A DNA stretch of 64,000 bases from the human T2T-CHM13v2.0 reference genome, Homo sapiens, in the NCBI RefSeq assembly GCF_009914755.1, contig NC_060936.1. The stretch is one strand, 5' to 3'. Position numbers and translations under genes: made by a program. How positions within the stretch are numbered: the first letter of the stretch is position 1; each line of letters begins with the position of its first letter. Shown piece after piece: positions 46,280 to 63,265 of this stretch. The notes below the pieces were generated by a model. That model made no database searches, was not told the DNA's origin, and saw only the letters and a program-made list of their open reading frames with translations.

Positions 46280-46599
46280 CTGCAAAGTAAAAATAATTAT
46301 GTATCAGTTTGAGTATGTATGTACACAATTACTTATTATATAAAATAGTTGATAGAGAATACCTAATTTTAAAAAGACCAACTTGAAGCAATTACTGTTT
46401 TAAAAAATTCACACTGCTGGTCAAACAAAACAGGAGTCTACATCTGATTTTTCAGTCCAAATCAATCACTTTTTTAAAATTATGTTTTTAATAAAGAAGT
46501 ATTTTAAAAACTCAGAAAATGGACAAGGCCGGGGGCATCACTCATCATCCACTCAGCTTAAATCCTCTTGAAAGTCAAGGGGCATTAAAAAGTACCACC

Positions 46600-46973
<374 letters not shown>

Positions 46974-48438
46974 TTATAGTCTTTATATATCTCCCTTTGT
47001 CTTTTTTATGCCATCAATTTTTCTAAAACTTACAACTTACCGTGTGCATATAGTAATTAGTTCCTATTTTTAAAGACTACATATACAGCTAAAAATGAAA
47101 AGTGAAAAAGTACATTTTAATATTGTGCTGATTCTAAGCTACTAAAAAAAAAGGTTGCTAAAAGTTAACATTAACCATTGGGGTAGAAAAATTGTTACCT
47201 TGCAAATAACTAGGCAGTCATGTCTCTGTTCAATCTTTTGACAGTCTAGGTTCTCCAAATACTTCTGCAGTTTCACTTTAATAAAACAGGTCAAAATCAA
47301 ATGATGTCTTTAAAAATTGATAACTTTTTTCCTAATTAATCATTAAGTTGCCAAGAGAGATCCTACAATTAAAGAAGTTCTCATCTGGTTAAGGTAAAAG
47401 AATAAGCTACCTTTATAAGATAACCAGTTCCAGAGTAAAAGAGTAAATACTGACTGCATGATGCGATAAAAGACTAGCAATGTGGGGAACCAGTACAGCA
47501 AACCATATGATTAAGAGGAGGGATCGGATCAAGTTTCCAACCAGACAGGCTACTCCGTAGCTAGGAGACTAGGAGACTATGGGTTTAACCTCTATCAGTG
47601 TCTACTGATCTCTAAAATGGAATAACAGTGCCTATTTTATTGGGTTGTTGTAGAGATAAAATGACATAAGTGAGTAAAATTAGCACAGTCCCTTCCAAAC
47701 AGGCTTTCAATTTCAATTTGATAGCTAACACAAACAGAAAACTAACTGGGATATGGAAAAATCTTAATTGAATTTTCTGCATGGAATTTGAGTAAGTCTG
47801 TCTTAATTATTCCAAGTCAATAAATTCTCATTACAGAAGCCTATATCACTTAGTTTTATTTGTATCTCAATTTTTCATGTATATATCTTATATTCTAAGT
47901 AAAATGTAAGTGTCTGACAAATAAGAACCCTCCACCAGCAATTCCTTTCTTTCTCCCCCAAAACCCCAGCTCACCTAGTATGCAATAAATATATATTGAC
48001 AACTTAGGGAAATAACTTCCTTAGTAATCTGCAGTTACAAAAAAGTACCATTTGGGAAGTAACCAGTTGCAGGAAATAACCAGGTGACAGGATACTTGAG
48101 CGACTGTGTATGTGGGCTTGACCCCATAAACACGCTTAGTTCTGGGGAAGTCATGCCTTGACAGGTGATACAAAGACATTTTAACCATCCCTGAGCATCA
48201 GCTGTTCTTACAGCAAGGACAACAACAAAACCTGGCAAGCAAACTTTAAAGAGTTTCTTATCTGCTTGTCATTAAGCAGATATCCACGAATCTACACTTT
48301 TGTACCAAACACGTAAAACAGATCCCCTATTTATTTAGATGGTTATTTAATGTCGAAAGAAATATTAAGCTTATGTATACTCACTCAAAATATACTTTAT
48401 TAAATATGAGTGATAATGATTCATACAGAAGTTTTTCC

Positions 48439-48758
<320 letters not shown>

Positions 48759-49492
48759 TCACAAACGGTATTTGCATTAACATTTTACAAAGAGCTTCTT
48801 TTATTAAATTCCCTAATATTACCCTATATGAACTAAACTAAGGCGTATGATGTCTGACTACACATGCATGAGAAAAAATGCCAGAATCTCCAAAATAAAG
48901 TTCTAAAACATCACACATCATTTCTCTCACATCTGTCTCATTTTGGTTATATTTGAAATATCTCAGAACATGCCACATCAGCTTGATTGCCCAGATTGCC
49001 TTTTACTGAAATGAAGTCAGCAAAATTGCTAAATGAGAGCAACCCTTACTAGATTTACTAATTTGTGGGTTACTGGTATATCAACTGAAATTGTATGAAT
49101 AACTTGGCAACAAACACTATTTCTGAGGCTTGAAATAGACTTTTTCTGTAATATGGTAAAACTTAGAGTAATAGAGATATAGAGTAGAATTTTAACAAAA
49201 ACAGAAATGTAAAATGGAGGGCATTTTCAGCAACTCTAAATTGCAGTGGCATTACAATAATTTCACACTTTGACCCAATTATAAATGACTTAAAAGTCAG
49301 TATCAGACAAGTTTTGAGTTAAGTATGCTAACCAGAAGTCATGTAAAAATATCAGATTTCTACATTTCTCTACAGTTGTTTGGGTTTTTTTTTTAAACAC
49401 TCAGTCACTTAAAACATAACTCAGTAAGTTTTACACAGTATTTTCCACACTGCTAGCTTGATACAGTTGATAAAATTAGAACTCCCACATAC

Positions 49493-49530
49493 TACGTTGG
49501 TACGAAAAGTAATTGCGGGTTTGCCATTAC
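49493..49530. mobile_element. Half MADE1 / single Hsmar1 TIR
   Basis: TACGTTGGTACGAAAAGTAATTGCGGGTTTGCCATTAC vs recalled consensus TTAGGTTGGTGCAAAAGTAATTGCGGTTTTTGCCATTAC. Confidence 0.75.
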
Positions 49531-49739
49531 AGTCATTCCATGCTCATGTCTGAGACATACAAATAATCAGAATTTAAGCTATACTTATTTCTTGTATATA
49601 GCTAATATTTCAATAGTTAAGATTTTGAAGCACACAGACGACACGAGTTTATTCCTTATTGGTGGATTTGAATATGGTCTTTTATTAGAGATTATACATT
49701 TTGAAGCTGAATGTTATTTTATAGTGATTCTTGTTTTTT

Positions 49740-50039
<300 letters not shown>

Positions 50040-50390
50040 TTAACAGTAAAATGTTCCCCACACTGGATAGATTATACCAGTATGATTAGAGACTGGGAGG
50101 GGTGGGAGTCTTCTTATGCATGTTAAAAATGGGCAATTAAAGGTGGAGTTTAAAGTGATTTCTATATCCTGGCCAAAAAGAGAAAACTGGGCATATCTTA
50201 AATTAGAAATGTTAGGTTAAAAAAAAATCAACCTATATGGTGCAGTGAAAGGTCCCTTATAATTTTTTTAGCTTTATTTTTAATTGACAAATAATGATTA
50301 GACATATGTATAAGGCACAAAGTGATATTTTTATTTCAATACATGTATATATTATGGAAGGATCAAATTAGAGTAATTAGCATATATGTC

Positions 50391-50763
50391 TGATATATTT
50401 TGGATGTCCCCTCCAAATCTCATGTTGAAATGTAATCTCCAGTGTTGAAGGCGGGGCCTGTTGGGAGGTGACTGGATCATGGGAGTGGATTTCTCATGAA
50501 TGGTTTAGCACCAATGAGATCTGGTTAAGAGTATGGGACCTGCCCCCGCTCTCTCTCTCGCTCCTGCTCCTATCATGTGATGTGCCTGCTTCCGCTTTGC
50601 TTTCCTCCATGAGTAGCTCCCTGAGGGCCTCATAAGAAGCTGAGCACATGTTGATGCCATGCTTGTGTAGCCTGTAGAAGTGTGAGACAATTTAACCTAT
50701 TTTTCTTATAAATTATCCAATCTCAGGTGTCTCTTTATAGCAATGCAAAGAACAACCTATACA
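50391..50763 (+). mobile_element. MSTA-like MaLR LTR
   Basis: TGATATATTTTGG...CCAAATCTCATGTTG...CTTTATAGCAATGC. Confidence 0.88.
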
Positions 50764-50789
50764 GAATTACCTCAAATACTCATCACTTC

Positions 50790-51093
50790 TTTTTTTTTTT
50801 GTTTCTTTTTTTGAGACACAGTCTCGCTGTCACCCAGGCTGGAATGCAGTGGTGTGATCTCAGCTGACTGCAACATCCGCCTCCAAGGTTCAAGTAATTT
50901 TTGTGCCTCAGCCTCCTGAGTAGCTGGGATTACAGGTGAACACCACCATGCTCAGCTAATTGTTGTATTTTTAGAAGAGATGGGGTTTTGTCATGTTGGC
51001 CAGGCTAGTCTTGAACTTCTGGCATCAAGTGGTCCACCCACTTCGGCCTCCCAGAGTGCTGGGATTACAGGCATGAGCCACTGCACCAGGCCC
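50790..51093 (-). mobile_element. Alu
   Basis: TSD ATCACTTCTTT. Confidence 0.93.
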
Positions 51094-51590
51094 TTATCAC
51101 TTCTTTCTGGTAAGAACATTTAAAATACTCTTAGCTATTTTGAAATATACATTATTATGAACTATAATCACCTTACTGTGCAATAAAACAGAAATTATTC
51201 CTCCTATCTAACTGTAACTTTGCACCCATTGGCCAATGTTTCTCCTTTCTCCATCTACCTTAGCCTCTGGTAATCACCATTCTACTCTCTACTTCTATGA
51301 GTTTGACTTTTTTGGATTCCACATATAAGTGAGATCACTGCGACAAAATGGATGACGGCAGAGGACATTATGTTCACTGAAATAAGTCCCTGATAATTTT
51401 AACGAGGAAAATGCTTGACATTCTTACATGGTAGAACAAAATTCCACACAAATATAAACGTCACCTTAGATGTCTTAACTATATTTCTGTAGCCACAACA
51501 ATTTCCAGGCAAAGAAACAACTATATAATTATTTGGCACTTTAATAATTACTACTCCATACTAAATAGGGAAAAAAAAAATGAAGAAATA

Positions 51591-52284
51591 CAGTAGTCCT
51601 TTTTCCCTTATCCAAGCTTTCACTTTCTACAGTTTCAGTTACCCATGGTCAACCCATGGGTATTAATAAAGCTAGATTAATAATTTTTAATATTTGTTAT
51701 TTAATAATTTTAATTGATAAAATTTTAGTATTTTAATTAATAAATTAAAATATTAAATAGAAAACTTGAGACATAATTTATAAACTTTAAGTTGTGAGTT
51801 GTCCTGACTAGCATGATGAAACTTGGTGCTGTCCTGCTCCATCTCGCCCAGGGCCTGAATCATCCCTTTGTAAAATGTAACCACAGTGTCTATGCTCCCT
51901 ACCTATTAGTCACTCGGGAGCCACCTTGGTTATCAGACTGTTGTGGTATCCCAGTGATTGTGTTCAATTAACTTTTCTTTTACTTGATAATTGCCCCAAA
52001 GTACAAGAGTAGTGATGCTGGCAATTCTGATATGCCAAAGAGAAGCTGTAAAGTGCTTGCTTTAAGTAAAAAGGTGAAAATTCTCAGCTTAATAACGAAA
52101 GAAAGAAAAATCATATCCTGAAGTTGCTAAGCTTTATGATAAGAACATATCTTCTATCCATGAAATTGTAAGGAAGGAAAAACAAATATGTGCATAGTAT
52201 ATATAGCGTTCAGTACTATCTATGATTTCAGGCATCCATTGGAGGTCTTGGAACATAACTCCCTTTGATATGGGGGTACTGCTA
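51591..52284. mobile_element. MER44-family (Tigger-derived) DNA transposon
   Basis: TA|CAGTAGTCC...CTTATCC...GTCTTGGAAC...GGGGGTACTGCTA|TA. Confidence 0.8.
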
Positions 52285-53029
52285 TACTAGTATCATTGAA
52301 ACGGCTTGTAAAAAGTACAACTGTTAAGACTGGTACTGGTCTTAAAAGTTTCAAAGACTACGTAATTAGATCTCCCCCAAATCCTTAAGTCTGTTATACA
52401 ACTGATTTCAAATATACTCTTTCTGAAACAATCTTCCTTGCAATGGGATGGTTTCTATTACTAAAGGGAAGGGGAAAGATCTATGTAGAGCTGAGAAAAT
52501 GTTGGCAAAGCACAAACTGTTTTGTGTAAGTTTAAATAAAACGCTCTGCTTTATTCAAGCTTATAAAGATCAATAAGGAAATCCCCATGAAAACAGTCTT
52601 TACAGGTACAGTGGCAGATCAGAACTTCTAACGTATAAACAAGTATAACAGCATAGGTGAAATAAGATCAGACAAATACAAGTCAGATGAATACAGCAAA
52701 GTAATACTGATGTTATTCAAATAATCTAGCAACAAAGCCACAGCCCTCAGTAAAATTATGGCATAACATGCTAACTGACCCTCAGGACTAACTTAAAATA
52801 TCTATGTTGCCATGTATAATTTAGTATGATATATTGTTGAAGATGACTTCAGAATAAAATTTCTCTAATATATAACTGATAAAATAAGAAAATGAAAAAT
52901 AAGAGCTTTATCAAATTAACAAATATTTTAAAAGGAAAAACTCATCCTTCCCCTTCCTTTCCTGAATAATTAAGTCCTAAAGCCATTAGGCAGGGCAGAG
53001 CAACGTGAGAAAACACAGTGGCTCAGATC

Positions 53030-53630
53030 AGGGTATCAGAACCTGTCATAAAGAAGAGCTGCTTGGCATAGAGAATTCAAGTCCAAGCAAACCAAGGAGA
53101 CTGCTCACATAGCACAGCTCACTCAGCCTGACCTAAGAAATCAGAGCCTGAGCAGAATGAAGAAGATTTCTACAAAGCAGGGAAGGTAAGGCCTCATTTG
53201 TGAGGCAAGGTCAGAAAGGGAGTCCCATAAAGGGGCAGCCAGAGTCCCAAGTAGAATGTGAAGTTTACCTTTACAGGAGGGTGGCTCAGAAAAGGGTGAT
53301 AGAGCTCTAGCAGGGTAAAAAATGTCTACCCTCCAAGAGGCAGCCTGGCATGGGGTATTCTGTGCCAGAGCGCAGGCAGGATGAAGTGAATGTTCACATG
53401 GAGTGGCAGTCTGGCCTGGAGTTGTCAAAACCTAATCAAGTTGAGGAAGAGTCCCCATGGAGGAGCAATCCGACATGAGTTCTCCGAGTCTCAGCAGGAG
53501 CAAACAGAGGCCCTACAGAACAGCCTATCAAAGGATGCACAAGCCGGAAAAGGGTGAAGAGAGTGTTCATGCTTACGGTGAGCCCAACATGTGATGTCAG
53601 AACCCACTTATGGTAAGGAAGGCATAAGTA
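53030..53630. repeat. Highly degenerate ~59-bp G-rich tandem array (>=7 units)
   Basis: TCAGAGCC-like anchors at 53239, 53299, 53365, 53425, 53483, 53538, 53597. Confidence 0.65.
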
Positions 53631-53739
53631 GGAGGAAAGGAGGCAATGGGAGATATATTACTACATACAACTCAAGAGGCATAATTGAAAAATTGCCATT
53701 AAAATAGATAGTGACTTCCTGGTATTTTTAAATACTCAC

Positions 53740-53871
53740 CTGTAGCAGATAGGAACTGCCTGGATCTAGTAAGTTTACAGCTTCATTCTGTATAGTGTTC
53801 TGTTGTGTAATTGCATCTTCTCGTTTCCGCTCTTTCTGCCCTGCTTCATCATCTTCGTACTCATCTAAGCA
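53740..53871 (-). CDS. PAWR: PAWR coding exon 3 (132 nt, phase 0-0): CLDEYEDDEAGQKERKREDAITQQNTIQNEAVNLLDPGSSYLLQ; C-terminal part of SAC domain
   Basis: Acceptor ttctttcag|TGC, donor CAG|gtgagt; translation matches Par-4 as recalled. Confidence 0.97.
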
Positions 53872-54964
53872 CTGAAAGAAAAAAAGAGTTTCCATTTTAT
53901 TTCTACTATTAATAGACTGTTTCGATAATATGTGAAAATATATTGATAGTATTAAAGAAATATTTGTGCATTCAGAAATTAGTTTGCATAATAAAAGTAT
54001 TTTTCTTTCAGCAATATGTACATTTAATTCCTATAAATTATCTGCTTAAAACTTGTACTTCCATATCCACACCACTGCCAACAAATCTTTTCCCTAAACT
54101 CCAAACATCAGTGACAGGGTTTTCTTAAAGGAAAGGTTTATTCATTCTTTATCATTCATTCAATAAGTAAACTACGTCTACCTTAAACAAGGCATTCTGC
54201 AGAAGGTAACAAAGGATGCATTAAAGAAATGGAATTTATAATCTAGTAGGAAAGATAATACATATATATAGATAGATAGATAACTTAGTGATAAAGGCCC
54301 AGTTTCTAGCTTTATATTCTATGAGCATATAAAGGAAGAGTATTTTTACCTGGAGAGTTAGAAAAGACTATAAAAAATCTTGTAATTTAAAGAATGGCTA
54401 CAATTTGGAATTGCAGATATATAAAAAAAGAGAATTACACATGTAACAGCATATTGAAAAAGCTTACAAGAGAAGGCTGCTAAAAAACAGAAGCAACACT
54501 AGAAATTATCTAACTCTACACTTTCTACATAAGAAAAACAAAATAGAAACAAATCTCTATCCATTATACACATCATGGGCTGGGTTATCCGTTCCTTGCA
54601 ACTGAATACATTCCTAACCAATACACTGCCCTAAAGGTTTCTGCATGAGAACTCACACCCCCTCCAGACAAAAACAAATAAACAAACAAAAACAAAAACA
54701 AAAAAAACCACACACCTCTTTGTAGAGACACTAAGGAACTGATCACAGCAAAGTATAACAGTATGGCAGTGAAGACAATAGGAATTGGACAAAAAAAAAA
54801 AGTTGTGCAGAGAGAAGAAAACACTGAAGCCATTGTGCAAACCAAGAAGGTGCACTGGAATATTTGGAGATAGGAGGAACATACTGAAAGGGGTACCAAG
54901 CTTGATAAAGACAAGGTCTACAATGGAGGACATGGAAGAAAGCATCTGTCTGAGATGGAGTGTT

Positions 54965-55269
54965 TTTTATTATTTTTTATTATTATTATACTTTAAGTTG
55001 TAGGGTACATGTGCACAATGTGCAGGTTTGTTACACATGTATACATGTGCCATGTTGGTGTGCTGCACCCGTTAACTCGTCATTTACATTAGGTGTATCT
55101 CCTAACGCTATCCCTCCCCTCTCCCCCAACCCCACGACAGGTCCCAGAGTGTGATGTTCCTCACCCTGTGTCCAAGTGTTCTCATTGTTCAATTCCCACC
55201 TACGAGTGAGAATATGCAGTGATTGGTTTTCTGTCCTTGTGATAGTTTGCTCAGAATGATGGTTTCTAG
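54965..55269 (-). mobile_element. 5'-truncated L1PA (L1PA5-like) 3' end
   Basis: L1PA 3' UTR; TSD CTGAGATGGAGT(G/C)TT at 54950-54964 and 55270-55284. Confidence 0.92.
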
Positions 55270-55979
55270 CTGAGATGGAGTCTTACAACATTAGGATGAT
55301 ACAGAGAAGTCTGAGGACAGAAATGGAAAGGGCAAATGAAAGGAGCATGCAGGTTGAGATTTGGTGTCACCTGGCCCTTGTCATATCAACCTGCCAAGAG
55401 TGGGGCTTGGGGAAACAGCACAAGAAAATTATGATACTGTAGCTACTGTTATTGCTGAGTCTAAACTGTTCTTGACTCTAACTAACCCAGGAGACTAGTA
55501 TCTTTTGCCAGCATACACAAGCTAACGTGTTAGCCAGCAAGTGGGGTATGATCTCAAAGCCATTACAGTTTTTGACAAAAGTGAGGACTCGAAAGGCATA
55601 GAGGGAACATAAATAATAGATAACCCAAGAAGTTTAGACTTCTCACTCCATAGCTTGGAATGATGTTACAATGCTATACAGTTCCTTGGGATAAGGAATG
55701 ATCAAAATTCTTTTTGGGAAGAACCTGGAAATAGCAATGCAGAGAACAGGAACAAGACCAAAAGTGAAAAGACTAGTTAAGTGACTAGTTAAATGACATA
55801 GGCAATTGTATCCTATGAAAAATGATATATCATAGGTGGAAACAGAGTCAGTGAAAGAAATCTGGTATGGGACACCAAAGTGTTAAGAAATTAGTCCTTA
55901 TTAGAAAAAAAAAATCTCTCTCAGGACTTTCAAAAACTTTCTCAAATCACTAGACAATATCTTGTTTAATGACAACATA

Positions 55980-56690
55980 CCAGCAAAATTTAAAGTAAAA
56001 TCAGACTCAAGACATTGATGTCCACTATTAACATAATTGTTAACATCATTCTGAAAGTGCTAGTTGATAGAACTAGGTAAGAAGAATAGGCGATTTTAAC
56101 ATTAGAAAGGAGGCAAAATTACCATCAGAGGAAATGATTTTGTAAAAAACAAAAACATTTTAGAATTATGAGTTAAGATTTTTTTCAGTAAATAAGCAAA
56201 AAATTTCCCAAAGTAACATCAATAGCCAGTTACAAAATTTTTAGTAACAACCATTAAAAAACTAAAAAACAGTACGTGCATGAAAAAAGCTATAAGACTT
56301 TACTGAAGAATACAAATTAAAACCTGCTCTTAAGAAAAATCTAGTATTGTGAAGGTGTCAACAGTCTCTTAACACATAAATTAAAATTCCAATCAAAATC
56401 ATGAAGAAATTTATTTGGAAAGTAGTGGTGCATCATCTGGAAGAAAAAATACATAAGATATCAAAAAAATTACTTTTTTAAAAAAGAGGTATGACCAAAC
56501 ACTCTAGTTAATGTTAAAATGTATAAAACTACAATAACAAAAATACCTGATAGAGGTCCTAGAACAGAAAGAATAAAATAGCATAAAAGGCATTTTAAAT
56601 CAAGGAGTTGCTTTAAAAGGGGGAGGAGAGGTCAATCATTTAATGAACAGTAGGAGAAGCAAAAGTATGAGATCTGGAAAAGAATAAAGA
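55980..56690 (+). mobile_element. Very old L1 ORF2 remnant
   Basis: AACATCATTCTGAAAGTGCTAG...AATTCCAATCAAAATC motifs, strong A bias. Confidence 0.55.
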
Positions 56691-58190
56691 ATGGTCTCAT
56701 CTCTAGTCTTCTACTGTGTGAAAGCAATCATCACTTATTCTCCAGCATATGGACTCAAAAATCCCTCACCTAGGCTCCAACATCATTAGCTTAAAGTTGG
56801 AATTCTTAAATTATCATAGATTAATATTAACAGAAAGCAAAAGTTGAGGCAGGTAGCCACGCACTCCCAGAGCACTGGGATGCTATTTTATTTGTCTTTG
56901 TTTTCATTTTCTGAGACCCAGCCCCACAACACTAACTTTCCCTCCTCCTGCCCCCTCAACTAGACTCCCTTACCAGTATATTAAAAGAAAAAAGAAAGGA
57001 AGAAACAAAACACTCGGTAAATGTTTCATAAAACAATGAATGAGTTACCAAGATGAGACAAATCATCTTGGAGATGAACTGGAAGGTGAACTGTGATACC
57101 TGAAGTTAAAATTCTGAATGCTCTTTCCCATGGCAACACTGCTATCCACTGAACTGGGAACCTATTCATCACACATAGTATCCCTGTGGATACAGTATGT
57201 ATCTAACGTTCCAGGCAGCTTTTAGTATAGGATTACTTGATGAATCACAACTTCTCTCCAAAATTCTGCTAGCAACCAGTGCAGTTCTTTTGATAACAAG
57301 CATCCTAGAAATTCTTAAGCAATCTTTTCTAACTGGGATAAATACATCTGGAGGAAGAAGTTGGCGGAAATCATGAGAAATAAGAGAATTCCTGTATCTG
57401 CCATACTTAAGAGAAGTGGATTCTCCTCATTCCTTTCTTCAGCTGCATAATAATTTTATTAAATAGATGTACCTACCATATTTTAATCAGAGCTTTATTG
57501 ATGAACATTTGGGTTTTTTACACGCTCTAAGAAAAATGTGTTAGAAAGGCTTATATATATAGTTTCTGTATATATGCAATGGATTTCCTGGATAGATTCT
57601 TAGTATTAGGATTGCTGGCTCACAAGGTAAATGAATATGTCAATTTGGCAGGTATTTCCAAATTCCACTCAATAGGGATTGTATCATTTTACATTTCCTT
57701 CAGTATGACATTACCTGTTCTCCCAATAGTTTTCATACTTTTGCAGTTTTTGCCAATATAATAATTGAAAAAAAGTATCTCAGTGTAATTTTAGCAGCAG
57801 TTCCTATGGTTAAGAGTCATTTGCATTTCTTTTGAGGTCTACCTCTAGTTTTCCATTTCTCTATAGGTTAATCTTTTATTTTTCAGTTGTTTATATATTA
57901 GGAATATATAAATTAAAGTGACCTGTGAGACAGTATCAAGCAGTCTAACACATGCATAATTGGGGTCTCAGAAGGCAAGGAGAGAGAAATGAGGGGGAAA
58001 AAAGCAACTGAAGAAATAATAGCTGAATTTTATCCAAATTTGATGAAAATTATAAACACACAGATGCAAGCTCAACAAGTCCAAAAAGAATAAGCAAAAA
58101 GAAATCATATACACATTATAATCAAAGTAATAAAGAGAAAATTTTAAAAGTAACAGAGGAAGAATTAAAAAATTAAAAATTAAAATTTAA

Positions 58191-59220
<1,030 letters not shown>

Positions 59221-59235
59221 GAAATGACAACTTTT

Positions 59236-61177
<1,942 letters not shown>

Positions 61178-62906
61178 TAAGCACTAAAAAGAAAAATCTG
61201 TCAAATAAAGGTTCTAAATGTAGTAAAATGTTTCAAAAAGAAAAGAAAAATAAAGACTTCTACAAATAACAAAAACTGAGCAGCAGACCTTCAGTATAAA
61301 AAAAGGTTAAATGAAGTTTCTCTGTAAAGAAAAGGATACCGCAAGAAAATGTGGAACCACTCAAAGGAATGAAGAACATCCAAAATGGTCAATACATGAA
61401 TAAATATAAGAAACTGTTATTTCTTATTTTGGTATCTCCTTAACATGTAAGTGATTAAAGAAAAAATGATAATGACATTTTGTGATATTTATAACACATG
61501 GAAAGGTAAAATGTATGGCAATGGCACAAAGGCAGGAAATAAAAGTATACCAGTGTAAGATTCTTACACTATACATGGCATGGTATAATATTACATAAAA
61601 GCAGACTGTGATAAGTTAAAGATGTATAATACATATATATAGATATTTAACCCTAAAGCAACTGCTTTAAAAGCCAATCAAAGAGCTTTTTAGGCAACGC
61701 TAAAGATAAAATTGAATGATTAAACAATACTCAACACAAATGCAGGCAGAAAAAAAAGGAGAGAACAGATAGGATAAATAGAAAACAAAGATCAAGCAGG
61801 AAGATTTAAACCAAACCACTTCAATTATTAAATGCACATGATCTAACCATTTCAACTGAAAGGCAGAAGTTATAATAATAAAAGCAAGACCCAAATATAT
61901 GCTGTCAACAAGAAACACATTTAAATAGAATGACACAAATAGGTTCCAAGTGAAAGGACGAAAAAAGATGCATCATAAAACACATATCTAATGTAAGCTG
62001 AAACAGTCTTATCGAAGTAGATTACACAATAAAGAATATTATCATGAATAAATAGGGATATTACATAATGATAAAGGGGTCAATTCATCCAGAAGACACA
62101 GTTTTTAAAAATGTAGTCACCAAATAAAGGAGCTTCAGATCAAATGAAACAAAAAGAACTGAAAATAAAAATGGGCAAATCCACAAATTCAGTTGGAGAT
62201 TTCAACACTTCTCTATCAGTACTTAATACAACATGAAGGTGGGAAATGTGTAGAGATATAAAAAAAAAAACTTCAATTCTGTCAATTTGACCCAACATTT
62301 ATAGAACACTCCCCCCACAAAAATAAACTATATGTTTGTTTTGTTTTGTTTTGTTTTTCGAAAACTCACTGTATGTTCAATAAGACAGAACATATTGTGG
62401 AACATAAAACAGGATTTGTGCAAACATAAGATGATGAAATCATACCAAGAATGTTCTTTGACCACTACTCAATTAAACTTAAAATCAGTAACAGAAAGCT
62501 ACCTGAAAAATCTGCTAAATATATGGAAATTAATTCACAAATAATCACGTGAAAAAAGAAATCACAAGTAGAAAATATTTTCAAATGAATTTTAAAAGCA
62601 CAACATAAAATTTGAAATCCACCTAAAAGCAGAGCTTAGAAGAAAATTTATAACAATGAATATTTATTTTAGAAAAAAAGAAGTCTCAAATCAATGATCA
62701 AGGCTTTCATCTTAAAAAGCTATAAAAAGGGCAAATTAAACCCAAAATAAATGGAAGAAAATGAAAATAAGAGCAAAATACAATAAAACAAAATAGAAAA
62801 AATAATGAAACCAAAAGTGGGTTCTTAGAAGTAATAGATAAAATTAGTAAACCTCTTGGCAGTCTGAACAAAAAAGACAGAAAATCACTATTATAAGTAA
62901 AAATAA

Positions 62907-63265
<359 letters not shown>

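Larger units (their letters stand above)
50267..51385 (-). mobile_element. 5'-truncated, 5'-inverted L1MA element with nested MST LTR and Alu
   Basis: Minus-strand 3' UTR to 51337, inverted piece 51339-51385; TSD GTCCCT(T/G)ATAATTTT at 50252-50266 and 51386-51400. Confidence 0.8.

Noticed and set aside
53030-53630. Regularly spaced motif as a CRISPR-like array
   Set aside because: Whole units are degenerate copies rather than constant repeats with unique spacers; mammalian intron, no cas genes
54950-55284. TGAGATGGAGT flanks resembling an Alu 3' end
   Set aside because: They are the TSD of the truncated L1PA; no Alu body adjoins
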